IMG/VR virus record: IMGVR_UViG_3300024496_000014 | From: an uncultured virus (IMG/VR IMGVR_UViG_3300024496_000014) | Taxonomy: Duplodnaviria > Heunggongvirae > Uroviricota > Caudoviricetes | Reading direction: 5' to 3' (one strand) | Length of the DNA stretch: 20,000 bases | In this document: in pieces, positions 1 through 7,367 of the stretch | Layout: every line of letters starts with the position of its first letter | How positions within the stretch are numbered: position 1 is the first letter of the stretch | Made by a program: the position numbers and the translations under genes | The notes under the pieces: generated by a model | What the model was told of the DNA's origin: nothing | Databases searched by the model: none | Seen by the model: only the letters and a program-made list of their open reading frames with translations

Positions 1-384
1 CATTCCTGCTTTCTTGGCTGCATTAAGGAAAGGATTATTTTGACCAATCTTTCCTTTTTTCCACATATCTTGAGCAACTTGACGTTTAGTTATGCCTCCT
101 TGACCACCTGCTGCTTGTTGACCACCGGCACCACCTGCTGCTTGTTGACCACCTGCTGCTTGACCTTGTGCGGGCTCTTCGTCATCTCCTGCACCTGCTA
201 CCGTACTTTTACCTGCGGCAAATCCTTTTTTAGCGGCTGCACCAAGTCCAGCTATACCACCTGCAACTGCGCCAACGCCTTTGGCAGCAGTTCCTACAGC
301 TTTGCCAACTGCACTACCAATTTTATTCATCAATGGGCCTTCGGCAAGTTCTTTATCTTCGGTTATGAATTCATTTAATCTCAT
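1..384 (-). CDS. Partial (3' end off window) Gly/Ala/Gln-rich protein, probable internal virion/head protein
   Basis: Not in ORF track. ATG at 384-382, 1 nt after the TAA of the 505-aa gene, open to position 1: MRLNEFITEDKELAEGPLMNKIGSAVGKAVG...GGQQAAGG...NPFLNAAKKAGM. N-terminal (L/I)xE motifs. Confidence 0.8.
   Translation of the reverse strand, partial: MRLNEFITEDKELAEGPLMNKIGSAVGKAVGTAAKGVGAVAGGIAGLGAAAKKGFAAGKSTVAGAGDDEEPAQGQAAGGQQAAGGAGGQQAAGGQGGITKRQVAQDMWKKGKIGQNNPFLNAAKKAGM
100..165. repeat. Intragenic repeat ccacctgctgcttg x3, encoding QAAGG linker repeats
   Basis: Copies at 104-117, 131-144 and 149-162, in frame with the minus-strand gene. Confidence 0.85.
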
Positions 385-385
385 T

Positions 386-1903
386 TTAAGCAGTTCCTAA
401 TTGTTTTTGTAAGAAGCCCATGATACGCTTTTTACTTTTCTTATCTAACTTAGCTAACTCTGATTTAACTTCTGCATATAGTGTAGCTGTTTTTTTACCA
501 TTGGCGCCACCTTGGCCACCTTGATCGGCACCGCCCTGACCGGGTGGTGGTAGTTTCATTTGACTATAAACTTGTGTAACAATACCTGCATCAATGCCCT
601 GATCTTGTAAAAACTTTGCTAGTTCTTCTGAATCTGTAGGAGCACCTGCTTTTTGCCAAGCAGAATTTAACTTGTCTGCCGTGACCTGTGTGGTCATGTT
701 ATGACCTTTTGTCTTGGCCCAATCAACTGCTTTGCCTGCTCCAGCTTTAACCTTGTCCATAAAGCCAGCTTCTGATAACACACGATTAAACACTAGATAT
801 ACTTGACCTTCACTTAAAGGTCTAGTTTGAATATAATAACTTTCTTGTTTTGGTTGTTTGCTGCCTGTACCAGCTGCAACTGCGCCTTGCGCAGCCGCGC
901 CTAAGAATTTAAACACTTCTTTAGCACCTTCGGCAGCAGATTTTAACATTGCTCGCTTGTCTGCTGTGGCAGCAATCTGAGCAATATACTCTGGATTATT
1001 AAATTTATCATCAATCATGCCCTGAAGAACTTGCCATACCTTGTCGCTTTGAGCATAATCTCCTGCTTGCCAAGCAGAAGTAGCATCCATGAATAACTCT
1101 TTAGCATCTGCAATATCTGCTGGTTGTCCTACTAGTCCTTTAATTTCAAAGTTAGCAGAACGTGATCCTAACTCTCCCCCAACTTCATCAAAGATTTGAG
1201 TCATGTTTAATCTTCTAGCACCAGGGAATAGATTATCTTTGATAATATCAACTCCGCCACTGAGTGCATCGCCAATAAGTTCAAAGGTCTTACCAGCAAT
1301 AAAACCATAGGCTGCTGTTTTAATACCTTTGCCAATGGTAGTTGAAAGTTTTTCGCCTTTGATTAGTTCAGACGAATTACGAATAATAGCACCTGCAATA
1401 GCGCCACCTACTGGGCCACCTGCAAGAGCTGCTAGAGTGGTAAGCACACCAATAATCGCTGCTGACTTACCTGGATTTTCTTTCATCCAAGTTCCCCATC
1501 CAGTTAGAGTTTTATCTAGCTCAGGAAACTTAGCACCAACTTTAGCCTTTAAATCTTCAAACTTTTGGTCCATGTTCTTAACAGGCGTAGTATCCTGTAG
1601 CCATTTACCAACTTTATTAACTACTTCATCTGCTTTTTTAGCAACATCGATGCCTTTGCCCAGCATTGTTCTATTACCACCACCTGCACTTACACTTTGC
1701 TCTACAGATCCAAATACCTGTTTAACCTGTTCAGGGCTTAGACTAGCTTCGATAAGAGGTAGCATTTCATTATAAATGCCTTCAACAATTCTGCGTTGTT
1801 CCTTATTAAGACCGTCACAGCTTTCCTCTAATATTAATCGTGAGTTGTGCATATGTCTTTCGACAAGTAACTGATGATTTTCTAATAATGTTGATATTTT
1901 CAT
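386..1903 (-). CDS. 505-aa hypothetical late protein, probable internal virion/ejected protein with a hydrophobic Gly-rich segment
   Basis: Long ORF; AATAAATA late-promoter motif just upstream; several (L/I)xE motifs; segment SAAIIGVLTTLAALAGGPVGGAIAGAII. The CDS is secure, the function is inferred. Confidence 0.7.
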   Translation of the reverse strand: MKISTLLENHQLLVERHMHNSRLILEESCDGLNKEQRRIVEGIYNEMLPLIEASLSPEQVKQVFGSVEQSVSAGGGNRTMLGKGIDVAKKADEVVNKVGKWLQDTTPVKNMDQKFEDLKAKVGAKFPELDKTLTGWGTWMKENPGKSAAIIGVLTTLAALAGGPVGGAIAGAIIRNSSELIKGEKLSTTIGKGIKTAAYGFIAGKTFELIGDALSGGVDIIKDNLFPGARRLNMTQIFDEVGGELGSRSANFEIKGLVGQPADIADAKELFMDATSAWQAGDYAQSDKVWQVLQGMIDDKFNNPEYIAQIAATADKRAMLKSAAEGAKEVFKFLGAAAQGAVAAGTGSKQPKQESYYIQTRPLSEGQVYLVFNRVLSEAGFMDKVKAGAGKAVDWAKTKGHNMTTQVTADKLNSAWQKAGAPTDSEELAKFLQDQGIDAGIVTQVYSQMKLPPPGQGGADQGGQGGANGKKTATLYAEVKSELAKLDKKSKKRIMGFLQKQLGTA

Positions 1904-1929
1904 AAAAGACTCAAAATTGATATACTACT

Positions 1930-1937
1930 TATTTATT
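1930..1937 (-). promoter_or_regulatory. T4-like late promoter (AATAAATA)
   Basis: Matches T4 TATAAATA at 7/8 positions; the same ATAAATA core precedes the genes at 7368 and 13106; a gp55-like sigma is encoded in the window. Confidence 0.7.
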
Positions 1938-1960
1938 GAAAAGCGAGCTAACGCTCGCTT
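1937..1960 (-). terminator. Hairpin, possible intrinsic terminator for the minus-strand transcript
   Basis: Perfect 8-bp stem aagcgagc (1941-1948)/gctcgctt (1953-1960) with a 4-nt loop, ending in a short U-run on the minus strand. The U-tract is weak. Confidence 0.4.
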
Positions 1961-2044
1961 GCTTTATCGCTTCGCTCAAAGCACTTTTCTTTTTTTTAAT
2001 TATTTCAAAGATGCAGTTGAAATATATTTTGCGCGAAGCGCAAA

Positions 2045-2414
2045 TTTAGCATTATCCAGATCGTTTCAGTCACACTTTGCCCGTTGCCGGGCAAAGAAAA
2101 AACATTATCCGAGTCGAACCATGTCACACAGCAGTAGAGCATTACAGAGGCGGTTGTCCGGTACCTCGAGCTCCGTCTTTACACAACGGCGGTATACATT
2201 AATCTGCTATCACTAATGTACACGTGGGGTTTTTCTCCCCTCATTTTACCTTTACATATCCTTTTCAAACAACTAAATCGCAGGTTTTAAGCGATCTTCA
2301 TCCATAAATGGGTAGTAGTTGAGTACCATTGCGGCATGGAATTCCGTCCCTGCGACCACGATTGACCAGGTTTAGAGCGCATGAAGTTAAGGCCTGCGCT
2401 AGCCAAAAACCGCT
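2045..2414 (-). ncRNA. Candidate large structured non-coding RNA, family not recognised (boundaries approximate)
   Basis: No credible ORF and richer in GC than typical spacers here. Many stems: 2075-2096 (9 bp, GCAA tetraloop on minus), 2192-2203/2212-2223 (12 bp with two G-U on minus), nested stems ~2136-2174, 2173-2189, 2226-2240, 2277-2295, 2376-2400. Confidence 0.6.
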
Positions 2415-2849
2415 TTATTTTGCCTTTTTATGTTCTTCTAGGCGTTGCCTTAGTATGTTTGAACCGCCTACTCTGACGTTTATAATGCCATTATAATATT
2501 CGTCAGTTTCTAAAACTCTGCGTTCAAACTGCTCTCTTGCCTCTAAATAGGACATTTCTGCCTTGGATTTGCAAAGATAAAGTATTTCTCTAGTGAAGTT
2601 TCCGGGACCTAATGCTTGGACGTCTGCGTTTAACCTATCAGAAGAACCCCAGTAATCGCGCCAATCGCTTTCAACTACGGATCTACGTTTAAGTTTTTTG
2701 CCTTTGAGTGGTGGTTTAGTACGTTTAAATTGTGCTAATTTCTTGCCTATGTACTTCTGCCCGGTTTGTGTGTTCGTGATGAGATAAACAAAGCCAATAT
2801 AGCCTTCTGGTATTTCGTTTATTGGTTGATTTTGATACGTCCATTGCAC
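2415..2849 (-). CDS. Stand-alone GIY-YIG family endonuclease (Seg-like catalytic domain), GTG start
   Basis: GFVYLITN...KYIGKK motif pair, YWGSS, FTREIL, LEAREQ (candidate catalytic Glu), YYN. Confidence 0.85.
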   Translation of the reverse strand: MQWTYQNQPINEIPEGYIGFVYLITNTQTGQKYIGKKLAQFKRTKPPLKGKKLKRRSVVESDWRDYWGSSDRLNADVQALGPGNFTREILYLCKSKAEMSYLEAREQFERRVLETDEYYNGIINVRVGGSNILRQRLEEHKKAK

Positions 2850-3080
2850 TCACTTAGTTATTTTAGGCGGTCTTCCAACCATGCCTTTTCTGGCTAACTT
2901 TCGTTGTTCGCGTTTTTCTTGTATCTCAACTCGCCTTTTTGATGCCTCGTTGCGTATTTCTGATAGCCAATATCGTGCCTTAATGCCTGCTTCATCTGAG
3001 CCTTTGTATTCAAATCGTTCTTGCCACTTAAAATATTCCTGAAAAGCAGCAATCATACGATCGTGCGATTCTGTTGTCAT
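2850..3080 (-). CDS. Small basic helical protein, resembles the histone H1-like Hc1 family
   Basis: FEYKGSDEAGIKARYWLSEIRNEASKRRVEIQ resembles the KGNKAAGTRARKAL.E....R pattern of Hc1-like proteins; basic C-terminal tail; ATGA overlap with the upstream gene. Confidence 0.5.
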   Translation of the reverse strand: MTTESHDRMIAAFQEYFKWQERFEYKGSDEAGIKARYWLSEIRNEASKRRVEIQEKREQRKLARKGMVGRPPKITK

Positions 3081-3631
3081 AACAAAGGAGGGCCTTCAAA
3101 GAATTGAATAAGTGTTTTTCTAGTGCCTTTGGTTACTGGATCAACTTTATGAGGAACCCAGCTAGGAAAAACTAACAATGTTCCTGGCAATCTAAATTCT
3201 TCAATTACATGAGGACCGTTGAAAAATAAACTTATATCACCGCCCTCATACGGTTCGTCAGATAAGTTTAGTAATGCTGTTAATTTAATATCCTTAATAC
3301 CATCTCTTCTCCCGTCGGTGTGCCAATCATATTCGCCGTTGGTTTTAGAATCGTAGGTATTGTAACTTAATATTGACTCGTACCCAATTGCGTCAAGATG
3401 AAATCTAAAAGCAAGGTTGTTAATAACACCAATTGATTCATAAAATTTTTCTAATTCGGGGGATATAAATTTTCTGTTGATAAATTTTACATCGGCAGTT
3501 TTAGTTGCTCCATCTGCAGGAACATCTTTTACAGAATCGTCTCTATTATAATGTAATAGAATTAAAGTCCTGAGTTCTTCACACATTTCTGGTGTATAAA
3601 GTTCTTTAACATAATAAAAGTCATAAATCAT
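3077..3631 (-). CDS. 2OG-Fe(II) oxygenase (PKHD/prolyl-hydroxylase-like)
   Basis: HxD (WHTDG), KLTALLNLSD..YEGG, VFPSWVPHKVDPVTKGTR (distal His and 2OG-binding Arg). Confidence 0.9.
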   Translation of the reverse strand: MIYDFYYVKELYTPEMCEELRTLILLHYNRDDSVKDVPADGATKTADVKFINRKFISPELEKFYESIGVINNLAFRFHLDAIGYESILSYNTYDSKTNGEYDWHTDGRRDGIKDIKLTALLNLSDEPYEGGDISLFFNGPHVIEEFRLPGTLLVFPSWVPHKVDPVTKGTRKTLIQFFEGPPLL

Positions 3632-5406
3632 TCTATAATCTCCACATCGTTGCTGTAACTGGTAAATCCGTTTTCTTTAATAACTTTTAACACATGATTT
3701 ACTCGATTTGTTAGATCATCTCTGTGAGAAATTAAGAAAACATTTTTATTTCTTTCTCTAGTCATCTTCTTAAGTACCGCAATACTTGATTCTACTCCGC
3801 TGGCATCCATGCCGCTGTCTACAAGCTCATCAATAAACAACAGGTTGATAGGATGATAAAGATTTTCCCACACATCTCGGAACGCCCAAGATAGAGATAA
3901 AATCAATCTGTTGCGTTCACCTCGACTTAAATTATCAAAATCTAGGTCCTGGCCTAATTGAGTAATAATAACACTAAGATCATTTTGAAATTCTACAATA
4001 TGAGGCAATCCTATTCTATCTAGATAATGAGTTAATCGTTGATTTAAGAATGCTAAGTTTTGATCGATAATACGTTTACGTACAAAACTATCTTTATTTG
4101 TTAAAAGTTTATGTAAAAACTCCTGATGATCTTTAACTCTTACAAGTTCGTTTAGGTTATTCCAGTCAATTTCTTGAACAGCAGTATTTTTTAATTCTAA
4201 GATTTGATCATCATAAGGGTTTTCTTCTGCTTCTTTAATAGTAGCATCTCTTTCTAACCCATCTAATGTGTTTTTATGATTAAGTGCTTCTTCTAAATTG
4301 TCATAAGTTACTTTTGGACAAGCAGTTAGCTCACCTAATAATGCCATTGCTTCGTTAAGAGTTGATAGTTCTTCTAAGTGTTCGTTAATAGAACCTTTAC
4401 TTTCTTCAACTTGTTGAGCTTTTGCTACAAGCATTTCTTCATGTTTGTCATCATGTAACTCTTGACCACAAGCATGGCATTTATGATCTGCAAGACTAAT
4501 AAGCTCTTTTTCTAATTTAGAAAGGACTTTTTGTTCTTTTTCTAATGCCGCTGTTTGTTTAGCAATTAAAGAATTAAGGTTATCTTTTTCTTTTTTGTTT
4601 TTATTCCATTCAACTAATGCTCGTTGATTTGATATTTCTTCTTCAATGTCAATTTGCATTAAACGATCAATACTTTTAAGTATATTTTCAAGAGAGGACT
4701 CTTTTTGATCGTTCCACATTTTTTGTTTACGCTCTAACGCTTCAATGCTTTGTTGAATGCGTTCATTACTAGCTTTAATTGTTTCTATTTTAGTATTTTC
4801 TGAAGTAATAGCATCTTTTGTTTGTTTGATTTGTTCTTTTAAATTTTCTGCTTTTTCTGATAAAAGTGTAATACCTAGTAATTGTTCAATAACGCTTCTT
4901 TGATCAGCAGCCTTCATTGATAAGAACGGTTCAGTATAAGTGTTCAACGCTAAAATGTGTTTAAACATTTCGTGACTCATACCAAATACATCTTCAATTG
5001 CTTTTTGTGTTTCTCGACTATCGCCTTGAGATTCGTCAAGGTCCTGTAATTCTTGTTCTTGACCGTTAATGCTAAATTTTAACAAGTTTGGTTTTCTACC
5101 ACGTTCAATGTGATATTCAACGCCGTGTTTTTCAAAACTAATTGTGACTAACATTCCCTTTTGATTAATCTTGTTGATAAGGTTGTCACGTTTAATATTA
5201 GTCAGGGCTTGACCGTAGATCGCATAACTCAAGCCATTGATGATAGTTGTTTTGCCCGTACCGTTGCGAGCCCCAGAATCATCACCTCCTAGATCTAGAT
5301 TTTCACCTAAGACTAGAGTTAATTGACCACGGTCAAAATCGATGGCTTGAGTTTGATTACCCACGCTCATGAAATTTCTTACGGTTAGATTCTTAATTTT
5401 AATCAT
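3628..5406 (-). CDS. gp46: Recombination endonuclease ATPase subunit, T4 gp46/Rad50/SbcC-like
   Basis: Walker A NGTGKTT, long coiled coil with CHAC zinc hook, signature LSRGE, Walker B LLFIDE, D-loop SGMD, ISH switch; directly follows gp47. Confidence 0.95.
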   Translation of the reverse strand: MIKIKNLTVRNFMSVGNQTQAIDFDRGQLTLVLGENLDLGGDDSGARNGTGKTTIINGLSYAIYGQALTNIKRDNLINKINQKGMLVTISFEKHGVEYHIERGRKPNLLKFSINGQEQELQDLDESQGDSRETQKAIEDVFGMSHEMFKHILALNTYTEPFLSMKAADQRSVIEQLLGITLLSEKAENLKEQIKQTKDAITSENTKIETIKASNERIQQSIEALERKQKMWNDQKESSLENILKSIDRLMQIDIEEEISNQRALVEWNKNKKEKDNLNSLIAKQTAALEKEQKVLSKLEKELISLADHKCHACGQELHDDKHEEMLVAKAQQVEESKGSINEHLEELSTLNEAMALLGELTACPKVTYDNLEEALNHKNTLDGLERDATIKEAEENPYDDQILELKNTAVQEIDWNNLNELVRVKDHQEFLHKLLTNKDSFVRKRIIDQNLAFLNQRLTHYLDRIGLPHIVEFQNDLSVIITQLGQDLDFDNLSRGERNRLILSLSWAFRDVWENLYHPINLLFIDELVDSGMDASGVESSIAVLKKMTRERNKNVFLISHRDDLTNRVNHVLKVIKENGFTSYSNDVEIIE

Positions 5407-6413
5407 AGTTCTTTATAAATCTCTAATAGGAGTCCTTTATCGTATGTGTCGCTTTCAATAGCATTGATTTGATTGATAACAATGGTATCAACACTTTCAA
5501 ATTCAATATCGATAGGCGAAGCACTCGATTCAACTTCTACCTTTTCTGGAATAAGCATTAATTCTCGCAAATCGTATTGCGGCATGAATTGCTCTTTAAT
5601 GAAATTTGCTTCTTCAAATGTAATAGGTAAGTCAATAGTAACACGACAATGCATTTTTGGTCTTAACAATGCGTCGGGAGTATCAATTATTTGACTTAGC
5701 TTGTAGGTACGATATACTGGTTGATTAGCCCAAGTTTTGTATTGGGGTTTGCCTCCCCACTCTAATAACATCATACCTCGATCGTCATCACCTGCATCGG
5801 CGTAATTGTGCGGAAATGCATTACCAATATACACTATGTTTCCTGTAGCTTGGCGTTTGTGAAAATGCCCGCTAAACACATAATCTTGATTTACAAAATG
5901 GTTTCTTTGCAACTGGCCATGATCGGGCATTTGAATCATAGCATTCATGTAGAAGCTTGGTAATTCTAAATGTCCAAAAATATATTTGCTTTTAATTTTT
6001 GGAATATCTTTCCATTCGTCTCCTACTAACCAAGGGAGTATTGTTACATTTCCATCTGTAAAGGGTTCTTTAATAGGAGTTACATTTGGAAACAATCGCA
6101 TAAATTCAATTGAATTGATTTCTCGTTTGTCTTTATAAAACAAATCGTGATTGCCTAAAATAAAATAGACTTTTTCAAAAGATGCGTTTAATCGTTCTAG
6201 GTTAGACACCGTATAATTCATAGTGCTAACATCTGTAGTTGATCGATTGTGATGCCAGTCGCCTAAGAAGATGCAAGTTTCTGCACCTTCTTCTTTAGCA
6301 GTATCACAAAACCATTTAACAAATTCTTCACAATCAATGTTGTGAGTTCTGCTTCCTGATTTTAATCCAAAGTGTATATCCGTAAAACATGCGGCTTTTT
6401 TAAATAGATTCAT
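5403..6413 (-). CDS. gp47: Recombination endonuclease nuclease subunit, T4 gp47/Mre11/SbcD-like
   Basis: Metallophosphoesterase motifs DIHFG, LGDWHH, GNHD, GHLE, SGHFH. Confidence 0.95.
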   Translation of the reverse strand: MNLFKKAACFTDIHFGLKSGSRTHNIDCEEFVKWFCDTAKEEGAETCIFLGDWHHNRSTTDVSTMNYTVSNLERLNASFEKVYFILGNHDLFYKDKREINSIEFMRLFPNVTPIKEPFTDGNVTILPWLVGDEWKDIPKIKSKYIFGHLELPSFYMNAMIQMPDHGQLQRNHFVNQDYVFSGHFHKRQATGNIVYIGNAFPHNYADAGDDDRGMMLLEWGGKPQYKTWANQPVYRTYKLSQIIDTPDALLRPKMHCRVTIDLPITFEEANFIKEQFMPQYDLRELMLIPEKVEVESSASPIDIEFESVDTIVINQINAIESDTYDKGLLLEIYKEL

Positions 6414-6419
6414 ATGACG

Positions 6420-6448
6420 AGTTTAATATAATTTTTATTAAAGGTCAA
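6420..6448 (-). promoter_or_regulatory. Sigma70-type promoter TTGACC-N17-TAAACT for the gp47 operon
   Basis: -35 at 6448-6443, 17-nt spacer, -10 at 6425-6420, 6 nt before the ATG at 6413. Confidence 0.65.
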
Positions 6449-7293
6449 TCCCAATCATTACCATTATCGATAGTAACAGGAGCGGTAGCAGGACCACTAC
6501 CACTACCCCATTGACGAGTCCAACTTGGATTCATACCGTTCATTTCCAGTATGTCGTCTCTGATGTTCTGGTTACGTTTTTCAATGTTAATGATCCGCAC
6601 GAATGAATTAGTGACAGCAGCAGTATAATAAGCAAAAGGATTATCGGATTTGCTTTCATCAAATTGTAGTCCTATCTGTGTTAGCTGTAAAATAGCCTGC
6701 CCTTTCATTTCGTCATTATAGGTATATCCTCTAACGTTGCCTCTAGTCGCATATCGGTCACATAATTTTAAAAACATTCGAGCTAGATTACTAGTCATTT
6801 GGCCGTGGTCTTTGCTAAATGCTCCGGTGTTAATATCACCTTTCCAGTGGCTTTTTACAACACATATTAGATTACCGTTGGTATCAAATTTCCAATGTTG
6901 AAAGGGCGGAAAATTTACTTTTTCATGACCGTCGCTGGTATTTTTAACGGTCTTTTTTCTTCCTGGAGCAAGAGGAATATGTTCAAAGGTCATAACTCTA
7001 AAGACTACATCATTCTTGTCAATTTTTTTATAGTCTATTTCAAATTCTTTTGCGGGAATTTTTTTACCTTGCGCTAACATTGCTGCTTCGTGGTTAATTT
7101 TTGCTAACCTAGAAGCTCTGTTTCTTTTTGCTTCGGCAATTGTCCTGATATTAATTTTGGACAAGTTTGGTACAATCATATCATACTCTAAAAATGCTTT
7201 ATCTGTGCATGAGCAGTATGTATTTTTGCTTAAATGTATCTCTCTTAGTAAGTCTTTGTTTGTTAGGTACTTAATTTTAGGTACGGTATTCAT
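6445..7293 (-). CDS. gp55: Late transcription sigma factor, T4 gp55-like
   Basis: N-terminal YLTNKDLLREI; C-terminal RGYTYNDEM...QFDESKSDNPFAYYT...F.R.I..EK; T4-like 55-47-46 order; SD AGGGAG. Confidence 0.85.
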   Translation of the reverse strand: MNTVPKIKYLTNKDLLREIHLSKNTYCSCTDKAFLEYDMIVPNLSKINIRTIAEAKRNRASRLAKINHEAAMLAQGKKIPAKEFEIDYKKIDKNDVVFRVMTFEHIPLAPGRKKTVKNTSDGHEKVNFPPFQHWKFDTNGNLICVVKSHWKGDINTGAFSKDHGQMTSNLARMFLKLCDRYATRGNVRGYTYNDEMKGQAILQLTQIGLQFDESKSDNPFAYYTAAVTNSFVRIINIEKRNQNIRDDILEMNGMNPSWTRQWGSGSGPATAPVTIDNGNDWD

Positions 7294-7319
7294 TCAGTAT
7301 ATATCTCCCTTTTATTAAT

Positions 7320-7330
7320 ATAATAGCACA
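7320..7330 (-). promoter_or_regulatory. Extended -10 promoter candidate (TGTGcTATTAT) for gp55
   Basis: TGTG-n-TATTAT in the divergent intergenic gap, upstream of the SD AGGGAG. Confidence 0.4.
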
Positions 7331-7340
7331 TTTTGACAAG

Positions 7341-7348
7341 AATAAATA
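7341..7348 (+). promoter_or_regulatory. T4-like late promoter (AATAAATA) for the baseplate operon
   Basis: About 20 nt upstream of the ATG at 7368, followed by SD GGAG. Confidence 0.7.
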
Positions 7349-7367
7349 GACTAAACGGAGTCTTTTT

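Noticed and set aside
40..378. 112-aa Cys/Thr-rich plus-strand ORF
   Set aside because: Antisense shadow of the real minus-strand gene (384 to <1); the TTCCLL repeats mirror QQAAGG codons.
2111..2120. GGTTCGACTC on the minus strand suggesting a tRNA or tmRNA T-arm
   Set aside because: No flanking 5-bp T stem, acceptor stem or CCA end; no cloverleaf can be built.
2050..2129. CRISPR mini-array
   Set aside because: Only two units with 7-8-nt motifs and 11-12-nt interiors; no cas gene in the window.
1917..2216. 99-aa plus-strand ORF in the structured region
   Set aside because: TTG start, no SD, opposite to the flanking genes, atypical composition; the region is better explained by base-paired structure.
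2045..2849. Group I intron carrying the GIY-YIG gene, or RNase P RNA
   Set aside because: No recognisable group I P7 core, flanking genes look intact, and the RNase P GAGGAAAGUCC motif is absent. A covariance-model search is needed to exclude these formally.
7333..7338. Perfect TTGACA on the plus strand
   Set aside because: No -10 hexamer at 16-18 nt spacing; the adjacent AATAAATA late motif explains expression better.
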